A stretch of DNA of 64,000 nt, from contig CP068257.2 of NCBI GenBank assembly GCA_009914755.4, forward strand, positions 19,360,001 through 19,424,000, given 5' to 3'. Numbering within the stretch: the first letter of the stretch is position 1; each line of letters starts with the position of its first letter. This document shows, piece by piece, positions 42,835 through 54,808 of this stretch. Origin of the DNA: the human T2T-CHM13v2.0 reference genome, Homo sapiens. A program made the translations under genes and the position numbers. The notes under the pieces were generated by a model. The model ran no database searches and had not been told where the DNA came from. It saw only the letters and a program-made list of their open reading frames with translations.

Positions 42835-43465
42835 ATTACAGTATTAAACCAATGGAAACGTCCACTATAGAAATGATGCAATATTCTATAGTAAGTGCTC
42901 ACAAGGATATAGGACAAACCTACATGTCCATCAGTAGATGAACAGAAAATATGGTATATATACACAATGGAATACCGTTCAGTCTTAAAAAAAAAAGAAA
43001 TCTTGTCATTCACAGCAACATGAATGAGTCTGGAGGATATTATGTTAAGTAAAATAAGTCAGGCACAGAAAGACAAATATTGCATGTTCTCATTCATATA
43101 TGGAAGCTAAAAAGTTTATCTTAGAAGTAGAGAGTAGAACTAGAGGCTGGGAAATGTAGGTGGGTGGGGTGATAGGGAAAAGTTGGCTAATGGCTACAAA
43201 ATTACAGCTAGTTAGGAAGAATAAGTTCTAGTGTTCTATGGCACTGTCGGTGACTCTAGTTAACAAGAATTTATTGTGTATCTTCAGATAGCAAGAAGAG
43301 AGGATTTTGAATATTCCAAATAAAAATCAATGCCAAATGTTTGAGGGGGTAGATATGCAAATAACCCTTATTTCATCATTACGTGTTGTATGCATGTATT
43401 AAAATATCACTCCATTGCCCATAAATATGGACAATTATTATGTGCCATTTAAAAATAATTATAAG
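42835..43465 (+). mobile_element. 5'-truncated L1 3' end (ORF2 tail plus 3' UTR)
   Basis: ccaatggaaacgtccactatagaaatgatgcaatattctatagtaagtgctcacaaggatat...atggtatatatacacaatggaataccgttcagtcttaaaaaaaaaagaaatcttgtcattcacagcaacatgaatgagtctggaggatattatgttaagtaaaataagtcaggcacagaaagacaaatattgcatgttctcattcatatatggaagctaaaaag...tagagagtagaactagaggctggg...aagaataagttctagtgttctatggcactgtcggtgactctagttaacaagaat...cccataaatatggacaattattatgtgccatttaaaaataa, followed by an A-rich tail. ORF 42660..43013 is an artefact of it. Confidence 0.8.
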
Positions 43466-44578
43466 AAAGAAAAGACTGAAAAACAACAACAAAACAGAAA
43501 CACAAAGAAAAGAAAGAGCTATCAATTGAAAAGGGTTTTTCTGGTAAATTCACATTTACAAAGGGTCATATAAGAAACATAGAACCTATGATGAATACAA
43601 AATAAGATCATTTCTCTGTAAGAATATTACAGAATTAGTACAGTCTAGCATAAGGTAAGTCTTTTGGACGGTGTTGACAACAATAAAAAGCCACTTGGGG
43701 AAGCCGTGTTATGCTCTCAACAGAATTTTTTCACTCATTAATTGTATAAGTAGCTGATTTTAAATAAAGCAACTATATAGGGTGCTGGTGACAGAAGGTG
43801 GGCAGACAATTCTCTTTAACTTCTTTGAGAGTGATTTTAAGAAGAGATGGTACAAGAGCATTAAAAGTGGAATTAGGTGAGGAGTCTTTAAACAATTACC
43901 TCGTATAAGTGCTTCTCAGCTTCCTTATCTCAACAGGTTACATTAAAGAGTAGTGCCTGAACCTGGTGGGAACATTTTATTATGCAGGCTTTGAAGTAGC
44001 TAGAACATCGTGGTGGTGGTGTAAGGATATGAATATTTTGAGTTTTTCACAAAGTAGATGCAGCAAATTGTAGATTTGTGAATTTGACTTTGCTTCAGGG
44101 AAAGACGTCAGAATATATTATATAGTAACAGAGAGAGAAAGCAAGAGAAAAGTGTATGTGTGTGTCTATTCACAAACACTTGTCCTGAAAGACAGGGGAT
44201 AGATGATTATTCTGATCTTGGTTGACTTCCTTGTTAGTCATCAGACAAATAATTAGGGAAATTCCATATACCTGGTATATCAAGAATATGAGACCAGCAT
44301 TGAATCAGCTTATCTTGTGGCTAAGATGGAGAAATATGGACACAATAATCAATTTGTAACAGGTTGAATGACGATGCCAACTTTCGTTAATTTTAAGTGC
44401 AGTAGAACCCTTCCTAACATATTTTCATGTTTCTTCTCAAACTATAACACATATACAAAGGCAGGGATTATACTATCTATAAAGAATATAAAGTTTGGAA
44501 GATGGGTCAATCTGACTCTACATCAATAGACTGCTCTGTGGAATAAATAGAAATATCTCTACTTGCTTTCTGGGGTGA

Positions 44579-44868
<290 letters not shown>

Positions 44869-46005
44869 TCATATTTTGAGAAATTAATTTAACAGACATA
44901 AGGCTCATTTTTCTGAATTTAGAGGTAAATATTAATGTACAAAAATCTCAGGAATTTTTCTTTTCAGATATCTTAAATTCTTTGAGCTTTAATCTTGCCA
45001 TCTCTAAATGAGGAATGTTGCCAACTAAAAAATGAGGTCTGAACTGCTCCCCTCAGGCCCTTCATTTCCCAGAGCATCTGTTATACAGTGTTTATGTTAA
45101 GCACCTGAAATGGGCTAGAGGTTCTAAAATAAGGAAGAATTGGTGTGGCTAAGTAAACAGAATGCAAGAGTTGTGTAAATCTTATTTTCTGCAAGAACTG
45201 TCCTTGATTAATAGGCTTAAATAACAACATAATTTATTTATCTCAGAGAACATATTACTGTACTTTATCTGTTTGAAAGCTTTATAAAAGGCAAGGAAAA
45301 GAAAAGAAAATGTGTGAAATCCAAATATCAATATCATCATTCAATTTTGTTGTAACATGTACTGTCAATATAACTTACTCAAGCATTTATGTTTTCTAAA
45401 TTATTAGACTAATGAAATGGAAGGCATTCTTTTCAAAATGTCAAATTTCAGCTAATTTACAAGTGCAAATTTTATCTGGTTAAGCATTTACATATCAAGC
45501 CACTATAAGATTTAGGGGAACTGCTTATTCCTTTAGTCCTGCCCCATGCCCTCTATAAAGGTCTTTCTGTTAAAGTTCGTGCCATTATCAAAAACATAGT
45601 AATTGAGTTTATATAGGAAATTTAACTCAGTGGCTAAGAACCAGGGCTCTGGACTCAGTATAACTAATATGGAATTATAGTAACACAGGTCAGAATCTAG
45701 GATGAGTAATTTAATCATATGTAAAATAAGAATTGTTATAATAATATCTCATGGGGTTATTTTGAGAATTAGATGAGATAATGTATATAAATTGGATAGC
45801 CGCACATATGGCACCTAATAAGGAGTTGTTGCTTTTATATTACCCTTTTATTCTTTTTTCAACTGGCATGGAATTCAGAAGGTAGCTTTTGTTTTAAAGA
45901 CAAAAATTATTTTTGAAGAAATAATATTATATACAATGTTAGTAATTTTTATTTTTGTTAGATGATGTTATCAAATTATGTTTTCATTTAAAAAGGAAAG
46001 TATAG

Positions 46006-46252
46006 GTGGGCGGGTCACAAGGTCAGGAGATCAAGACCATCCTGGCTAACACAGTGAAACCGCGAATCTACTAAAAATACAAAAAAAAATTAGCTGGGCG
46101 TGGTGGCGGGCGCCTGTAGTCCCAGCTACTCGGTAGGCGTGACAGGAGAGTGGCGTGAACCCGGGAGGCGGAGCTTACAGTGAGCCGAGTTCGTGCCACT
46201 GCACTCCAGCCTGGGTGACTTGTGAGACTCCGTCAAAAAAAAAAAAAAAAAA
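46006..46252 (+). mobile_element. 5'-truncated AluY-like element with A-tail
   Basis: ggtgggcgggtcacaaggtcaggagatcaagaccatcctggctaacacagtgaaaccgcgaatctactaaaaatacaaaaaaaaattagctgggcgtggtggcgggcgcctgtagtcccagctactcggtaggcgtgacaggagagtggcgtgaacccgggaggcggagcttacagtgagccgagttcgtgccactgcactccagcctgggtgacttgtgagactccgtcaaaaaaaaaaaaaaaaaa is very close to the AluY consensus. TSD aaaggaaagta. Confidence 0.85.
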
Positions 46253-46419
46253 GAAAAAAGAAAGTAAATATGTGAATCTTTCTTTGCAAATATTAAAATA
46301 ATTTAAAAATGTAGATTATGAAATTTTAAACAGACTTTACTGGAATACTCCAAATCAAGGATATTTGAAAATTGGTTTTTTAATCATTTTAGCTGTAGAA
46401 ATCATTTTATTTGAAGACT

Positions 46420-46462
46420 TTGTGTGTGTGTGTGTGTGGCAGAGAGAGAAAGAAAGAGATTA
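46420..46462. repeat. (TG)n(GA)n compound microsatellite
   Basis: ctttgtgtgtgtgtgtgtgtggcagagagagaaagaaagagat. Confidence 0.9.
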
Positions 46463-46539
46463 TTAATGAGAGCAGTTACTGCAAAACATACTAATACATT
46501 TTACCTACCAAAATATGAATTTCAGTCAATATATCCTAA

Positions 46540-46789
46540 GGGTATGTATTTCATAGCTTTGAAGATCTTTAAAAGTATCTTATTGCAGGTTTGTGTTCAA
46601 AGGAGTTGATCTTTTCAAGTCTATGGAACATCTTGAAGAGCAACAGAAGAGCAGGGTTTGTAAGGGTGTGTTTCATAGCTTCGATGATCTTGAAAAGTAT
46701 GGTCTTATAGCAGATTTGTGCTCAAGAGTTAATCTTCCTTTTCAAGACTGTGGAAGATCTTGAAGAGCAACAGAAGAGTAGGGTTTTTA
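46540..46789. repeat. Two-copy tandem duplication, unit ~123-127 bp
   Basis: Unit 1: gggtatgtatttcatagctttgaagatctttaaaagtatcttattgcaggtttgtgttcaaaggagttgatcttttcaagtctatggaacatcttgaagagcaacagaagagcagggtttgtaa. Unit 2: gggtgtgtttcatagcttcgatgatcttgaaaagtatggtcttatagcagatttgtgctcaagagttaatcttccttttcaagactgtggaagatcttgaagagcaacagaagagtagggtttttaa. Confidence 0.9.
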
Positions 46790-47070
46790 ATAAATGGTTC
46801 CTCTTTGCTGCAATATTTAATATTTCAGTATTGCATTTAAGAATGGTAACTATGGTTCATTATTATAATTCAGAATGCTAATTAAATCTTTATATTGTAT
46901 AAATAACTAGTCTGGCTTCATATTTAAAGTCTTTCTGCCCAGACAATTAAGATTTTTAGATATATTAAAACCAAATAAAAATGATTCATTTTTAAAGAAT
47001 AAAAATAAAAGAATTATGTTCTGTAAATGTGTGACCATACTATTGTTTTTTAAAAATCCTGAAAGGATAT

Positions 47071-47300
47071 GGCCAGATATGGCAGCTCATGCCTGTAATC
47101 CTCACATTTTGGGAGGCCAAGGTGGGAAGATTGCTTGAGCCCAGGAGCTTGAGACCAGCCTGGGCAACACAGGGAGATGCTGTCTCTACAAAAAATAAAA
47201 AAATTTGTTGGGCATGGTGGCGTGCACCTGTGGTTCTGGCTACTTAGGAGGCTGAGGTAAGGAGGATCCCTTGAGCCCAGAGAGAGACCCCGTCTTAAAA
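47071..47300 (+). mobile_element. Alu element (+) with internal deletion; its 3' end runs into a complex microsatellite
   Basis: ggccagatatggcagctcatgcctgtaatcctcacattttgggaggccaaggtgggaagattgcttgagcccaggagcttgagaccagcctgggcaacac...ggaggctgaggtaaggaggatcccttgagcccagagagagaccccgtcttaaaata. Most of the right-monomer 3' half is missing. The atcctgaaagg TSD brackets both the Alu and the downstream repeat (47056-47066 and 47440-47450). Confidence 0.85.
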
Positions 47301-47440
47301 TATGCATGTTTGTATGTATGTGTACGTATATATGTATACACACACAGATACAAATATATATGTGTGTGAATGAAAATACATATATATCTATATATAAAAA
47401 CACAGATATATAAAAATATGTGTGTGTGCATCCTGAAAGG
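47301..47440. repeat. Complex TA/TG/CA-rich microsatellite derived from the Alu tail region
   Basis: tgcatgtttgtatgtatgtgtacgtatatatgtatacacacacagatacaaatatatatgtgtgtgaatgaaaatacatatatatctatatataaaaacacagatatataaaaatatgtgtgtgtgc. It lies between the Alu 3' end and the downstream TSD copy. ORFs 47050..47469 and 47240..47431 are artefacts of it. Confidence 0.85.
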
Positions 47441-47747
47441 GTGTTGTAAATGTCAAGAATAAAAATCATCCAGTTTGATGTATTTTATAGTGCATTTCTA
47501 GAATGTACATATTTTGATACTTAAAACTGTTAACAGACATTAACAAAAAACATACAGAAACTTTAAAAGATTATCATAGTGGAGAAATTCAAGCCCACTC
47601 CAGTCCACTCCTGATGTCACTTCAGTCTGCTGTTAAAAGTGAAACACAGACAAGGCAAATAAATAAATAAATAAAATACAAATATCATAGGATTTTTTCC
47701 TCAAGAAAGTTGATATGCAATTCCTGCCTCAGAATAGATAGAAACTA

Positions 47748-48053
47748 GGCTGGGGTTATGGAAGCTCATGCCTGTAATTCCAGCACTTTGGGAGGCCAAG
47801 GTGGGAGGATTGCTTGAGCTCAGGAATTAGAGACCAATCTGGGCAACATAGTGAGACCCCCATCTCTACAACAAAATTTATAAAACAATATATGGGGATG
47901 ATGGCCCACACCTGTCGTCTCACCTACTCGGAAAACTGAGGCAGGAGGGTCACTTGAGCCCAGGAGCCCAAGAATACAGTGAGCTGTGATCACACAAACT
48001 GCACTCCAGCCTGGGTGACAAAGCAAGACCCTGTCTCAGAAAAGAAAAAAAAG
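47748..48053 (+). mobile_element. Alu element (older, AluJ/S-like)
   Basis: ggctggggttatggaagctcatgcctgtaattccagcactttgggaggccaaggtgggaggattgcttgagctcaggaattagagaccaatctgggcaacatagtgagaccc...gcactccagcctgggtgacaaagcaagaccctgtctcagaaaagaaaaaaaagg. Confidence 0.9.
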
Positions 48054-50743
48054 GAACCAGATGTTAGTGGAGCACATGAGTCAATGTTCTGTCATCTGAT
48101 ACCCTGGCATTGAATATTAAAGTAGGTCTATTTAAATGGGAAATAATTATCTGAACCTTCAGCTTCCTTAAATTCAACGTCATAAAATATGTCACATGAT
48201 GTTAGCCATATTCCCTTCTATCTTAGATATCTTGGGAAGTGTTGCTGTCTTTCAAGACTATTCTCTCTGACATATCTGATAAACCAGCTGTAGAGCAAAT
48301 TTGTATCAGATATGTGTCTTTACAACTTCTGGAGCCACACTGCCTGGATTCAAATTTTGATAGCACCTCTTGCCAAGTTTCTGACTTTGAGCAAGTTACT
48401 TATCTCCTCTGTGGCTCAGTTTTCTTGCCTAGTAAAAGGCTTATGATCATAATGATGCTTAAATCCAAGTATGGGCATGCAGGCTAAGTGAAGTGATATA
48501 TGTAAAGCACTCCGAAAAACTCTGATCTCTATAGCTGTTACCCATGTTTTTTATATAGCAGTGTCTCATGATACAAGTTTATTCATCTGTATTCAGCAGG
48601 ACACTGTGAACTTGTTGGCAGCAAGGAAACTGTTGTTACTTATCTTTTTGTATTGAAAGTTTATCTCAGTGTCATGCAAATGGCAGGGGATTAGCATTTG
48701 AGTTGTTGTTAGACTTAATTTTAACAGTGGTTCCTGCAGTTTCATAGGTATTATAATGTCAAATTGAGGTCGAATATGTGACCTCAATGACCAGTACTAA
48801 ATTTTGTTCAAGATTCTATTGGATTATCTGTTCAAAATACAAGCATTTAAACATTTAAATCTCAAATTTCCCCCATATAACATTTGTTTTTCTTTTAAAA
48901 CAGCTTTTCAAATATGTCCTTTTCAACCAACACTTCCAACCAACACTTACTGTCATACTCCAAACTGTTATTTTACAGTTTTTTCTTTCTATTTTTGCTT
49001 CACCATTTTGGCGTCACCTCTTGGTTCAGGTTTTCTTGCCAGCACCAAAAACTCCTGTAGCTTATTTCTCAGTTATGTGACTGCATTGGTACTGCAGTTC
49101 AGGGAAACTTAATTCTTACTGGTTTGTTTTGTTTTGTTTTGTTTTTAGTTTAATAAGAGATAATGTCTGAAAGGACATGAGCAAAAGTAAAGAAACAAAA
49201 ATCTAGTCCTGCTGCTTGACAAAATAGTATGAGAAAAAAGCAGACAAGCACCAAACCAAACAATAATAGCAAAATATCTAAGAAAATTTGATAATTGTTT
49301 TGTCAGAATGAAAACTTTTTCTCTAAGTGATATTTTTCAGTTATTTTATTCTCCCTAATTGGTACATCTCCTTTATTGTATTAAATAAGAGAATCTGCCT
49401 AAGTGTTTATAGCTGCTTTATGAAACAGCTTATATCCTTTTTTTGAAAGGGGTTTGTGACATCACTTGGTTTGTACAAGTTAGAGAAGCTATGCAATTAC
49501 TAGTGAAATAGTTTTATTAAGTTTGCTTTAAATGATAAAGATTTTACTTGGAAACACTCTAAGGATGTTTCTGTTTTTACTGGGGTATTTAAGACAATGC
49601 TTGTAAGTGTTCAATGATTTCTTTGATATAATTTAGTGAATTTTGGCTAAACACATATTTTTAAAAACAACAATTATTTGAAAATAGAAAAATATGCCAG
49701 AAAGCAAAACTGGTTTTGCTAATGGGTTGCTATTTAGATTCTAAGTATTCATTAACCAGGAGGTGGCTAATGAGCAGATGTTTAATGAGCAACAGAAATG
49801 AATTGACAGGTTTTTTTGCTTGTTTATTTCAGACAGACTAAAGGTACAGATATGTTGATGAAACAAACAAAAAAGAAAAACAAGAAAGTATTCAACTTGA
49901 TGAGACTTAAGGAAAGATGTTCTAGTAATAGAATTGAATATGGTGTGGAAGCTTGCATTAAAACTTCAGAAAAATATTTCTACAACTGTAGGGATAAATA
50001 AAACTAATACACAAAGAGCACTAATAGTTAAACTTATTGAAAGAAATGTAATCAACTCATATTCAATACATTATGCATTGTTTTTTTCTTTCATAACTCA
50101 TTAACTTGCTAATGGCCATTTTACTGCTTATTTTCAGGGGTAAGAAGCTGTGTGGATTTTTGTTCTGTTTGCTTTTGAGAACTAAGCTCTGATTTTTTTC
50201 ATCTTGCCCAAATTCCTACTTAAGAGGTCTGGGAAGTCATGTCCTACAAATCATAAATTCTCATCACATGGATTTTATTTAACACTGTATGTCATAACTT
50301 AATTTCCAATCTGACTCTGGTATAACCAGGAAGAAATCAAAATGTTTTACCCCAAAATATATTTCCTTGGCATACTATGAAATTGTCCTGCAATGTCTCT
50401 TGTGGGAAAAATCCACATTCTATAAAGAATCCCCTTTCCCCTTTGTTTTCCTTCTTTCCTTTCCAAATCCAGGAGATAAATCAACTAAGAGCCAGGCACC
50501 CTTTTAAGTCCAATAAGAAACATTTTACAACCTGCTCTCTCTGAAGTCTGCTATCTGAGAGCTTCCTCTGTACAATAAAACTTGGTCTCCACAATCCTTT
50601 ATCTTAACCTAAACATTTCATTTCTATTAATCCCAGGTCTTTAGATAAACTCAACTAGTTGTCAATCAGAAAGTGTTTAAATTTACCCATAGCCTGGAAG
50701 ACCCCCTTTAAGTTGTCCCACCTTTCTGAACCAACCCGATGTA

Positions 50744-51042
50744 TTTTTTTTTTTGAGACGGAGTCTGGCTCTGTCACCCAGACTGGAGTACAGTGGCGCA
50801 ATCTCTGCTCGCTGCAAGCTCTGCCTCCAGGGTTCACGCCATTCTCCTGCCTCAGCCTCCAGAGTTAGCTGGGACTACAGGTGCCCGCCACACGCCCGGC
50901 TAATTTTTTTCTATTTTTAGTAGAGACAGGTTTTCACTGTGTTAGCCAGGTTGGCATTGATCTCCTGACCTCGTGATCCACCCGCCTCGGCCTCCCAAAG
51001 TGCTGGGATTACAGGCGTGAGCTACCACCTGGCCTGATGTAT
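50744..51042 (-). mobile_element. AluY-like element (minus) with TSD
   Basis: tttttttttttgagacggagtctggctctgtcacccagactggagtacagtggcgcaatctctgctcgctgcaagctctgcctccagggttcacgccattctcctgcctcagcc...gcgtgagctaccacctggcc. TSD (c/t)gatgtatt at 50737-50745 and 51043-51051. Confidence 0.9.
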
Positions 51043-51397
51043 TCCTTAAATGTATTTGATTAATGTCTCATGCCTCCCTAAAATATATACAACCAAGCTG
51101 TACTCCAACCACCTGGGGCACATGTTCTCAGGACTTCCTGAGGGCTGTGTCACAGGCCATGGTCTCTCATATTTGGCTCAGAATAAATCTCTAAAAATAT
51201 TTTACAGAGTTTGACTCTTTTCGTCAACATTTTTTAGATCTGTGTATCATGCATTCTTCTTTGTTGGGTTTAATTCTCCTGACCTTAGATTTCTCATACA
51301 GTTTGTAGCTCTCATAAGATAATCACAAAGAACCAAAAAACAAAAAGTATTAGGAAATTTTATATACTTTCTATTTACTATTTATATTTACTATTAA

Positions 51398-51661
<264 letters not shown>

Positions 51662-51973
51662 GCATATTTCCTTTATTTTTGTATATAATTTATATGCTGA
51701 TACAATTAAACTATACTGATTAAATACCCTATAATGATCAAATTCTAACATAATTTTTCATGCCCATAAAACACCACTACATTAGGCTTCTAATTACATG
51801 TTTGATTCTTTTTAATAGATTCAATAATTGATGGCATAGACCCTTCTGAATTGCCTAATAAAAAGAGCATGAAAATTAGAGTCAGCCACTGACTATCACA
51901 CTGACTACTTTTTTTTTTTAAATGTTACTATAAGGAATTTAGAAGTCTTCCATTTCCTTTTAATATTGTTGTT

Positions 51974-52282
<309 letters not shown>

Positions 52283-54530
52283 TCATTATGCATATAAATG
52301 GGTTTTTGAAGATGTAAATAGTATAAAGTGGAAATGTTATTGTTGGGTTAGGAGCATTTGAAGATAGCTTGATTCATTTCCTTAGGTTAATGGACACACA
52401 ATTATTATTCTACAGTATGCATCAGATCAGGTGACTGATCAAATGACTTCTCAAGTTGACTAACTAGACTTTGCAAAATTTGAATGTTTTTTTCATTTCA
52501 CATTAAGCACTGTAAAGTGCAAAAAAAAAAAAGGTTTTTCTCTTTAGACTCTGTTTTAATCTGATGTACTCCTCGATTTGCATTTCACACACTCCCTTAA
52601 TTTGTACCAGACCTAAAAAAGTGAAAGGATTAACTTTCTTAAGGATGCATTGGAGAAACTATCATTTTAGAACCCATGTAGTTCAAGTATGCCAAAACCT
52701 GATTTTAGTAGGAGTTAAGTCAGGGATTATGTACCATTCATATGATTATTTTTGGGGATGGTTTATGAGTGTTAACAGAACTCTGGTAAGTCAGGTGCCA
52801 CCATTTTGGTCAAAGTAAAGAAGGCACATTGATTGATACTGCTTTCTGTGTTCCTTGTTGACCCATTTTTTTTCCTTCTTTCGTATTCCAACTCAGTGAT
52901 GCCAACCCTACTTAGCCTAGCACTTCAGTTTTAGATGTGTATCATTTTTGTTTGTCCTGCCAGAATGGAAGATGTTAGCATCAACCACTGTTCTTTATTC
53001 ATCTTCGGATTCCCAACAACACCTGTCATTGGGGGTCTGATATTGGAGATCTAACAAGGAACCTGAAAGATGTTTTAGTGTTAGAAGTGTTGCCTTCTCA
53101 GTGCCTTAATCTCCCGATCTGGGAAATGAAAATGAGCACCATGCCTATACGCCTGCGTGATTATAAGATTTAAATGAGTCAGTACTTGCCATACATAGAC
53201 ACTACAAATGTGAAGTATTTTAGTTATCATTAGTATTCTTTCTCGAGGTTGTAGGAAACATGATTATAATATCAAAATGAATTTGGCTGTGGAAATAGTT
53301 AAATATTTATTTGGGAACAGCATGATACATTTGATTTCGTCTTATCAAGATACTTTAAAGTTGTTATTTTTCAGACCAAAATATCTGGACCCAATGCCAC
53401 TTGGTGTCCACTGTGATATGTGGTGCAAATAACCCTTCAATAAAAGAAGTGTTTGTCCCAGTTGAAGGGAGGGATGTCAACAGCAGATTTTAATCTCTTC
53501 AAGAATTGCTTTAGCTCTAGATGGTCCCATGTCCAAGGTAATATCCTTTTTATGGTTTTTTTCACAGCCAGCAAGGCAGAATATAAAAACCTGACCATCT
53601 CAGAAAAAATTCTAAAGCATGCTTCAAGCTATGGAACTCCCCATGAAGCTAGCCAAGAGTGTCATTGGGTTTCTGTTGCAGTTTGACTTCTCCTTCCCAA
53701 TTCTGCATCTTCGCTTCCCCTTTTCACATGTGTTGATCCCAAGGACACTTCTTATAAACATCCTTCAAGCTAAACCAGCTCAGTTTCTATCCAGGAAACC
53801 CAGTCTGGGATACTCACATAGAGTTATAACTTTTCATGTAGTGGATGCTTAATTAAATGGATATCAAATTGCGCTGAAGAACAAAATATGAAACAAACTT
53901 CATTTTCAGAATGCAAATTGTTTGCAACTCAGGTTTCTTAGGCTGTGTTAGGCTGGGGATAAAATTAGTAATAATAAGTGTTTTGACTTAGCATTACAGC
54001 TTCTGAACCCAGCACAGTATCTTGTGCCATAATAGGCTCATGGCAAACAGTGTTGCTTGCAAGAAGAGCAGACATTTCTGTAAATTTGGCCACATTTGCT
54101 GGTTTACAACTTCTGTTGCCTGTTTCTTTTCCAAATTTACTTTCTGGAGTCTCATACAATTGTAGGAACTTCTTCATCTCTGTCACTTCAAGACAATTAA
54201 TAACTTCCCTTTTTGTGGCTCTCTGTAACCGATATTTCTGATGTGGTAATAACAGTGGCACAGATAAGCGACTGCAAAAACCTTTCTCCACAGTTATTAC
54301 TGTTGCTATCATGCTAAGTTCTCCAGGGAAGAACAGAATTCCTTTCTTTATTCAACTTTCATTTTAGAGTCAGAGTATATATGCAGGATTTTTTTTAACA
54401 AAGGTAAATTGCATGATGCTGAGGTTTGGAGTATGAACGAATTCATCACCCAGGCAGTGTGCACAGTACAGAATTTTTTAACCAGGATTTTCGTAAGCTG
54501 TATCATGAGAACTCAAACTCATGATGGCCA

Positions 54531-54808
54531 TTTTTTTTTTTTTTTTTTTTTTGAGACGGAGTCTCGCTCTGTCGCCCAGGCTGGAGTACACTGGCACTGG
54601 CAACATCTCGGCCCACTGCAAGCTCCGCCTCCCGGGTTCACACCATTCTCCTGCCTCAGCCTCCTGAGGAGCTGGGACTACAGGCGCCCGCCACCACGCC
54701 TGGCTAATTTTTTGTGTTTTTAATAGAGATGGGGTTTCACCATATTGAACAGGCTGGTATAGAACTCCTGATCTCAGGTGATTCACCCACCTCAGCCTCT
54801 CAAAGTAG
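54531..54808 (-). mobile_element. Alu element (minus, 5'-truncated relative to Alu orientation) with long poly-T
   Basis: tttttttttttttttttttttttgagacggagtctcgctctgtcgcccaggctggagtacactggcactggcaacatctcggcccactgcaagctccgcctcccgggttcacaccattctcctgcctcagcc...cacccacctcagcctctcaaagtag. ORFs 54409..54723 and 54478..54816 are Alu artefacts. Confidence 0.9.

Noticed and set aside
47050-47469. 139-aa minus-strand ORF with repetitive YIYI/HIHT content
   Set aside because: Produced entirely by the TA/TG/CA complex microsatellite downstream of the Alu tail. It has no coding features.
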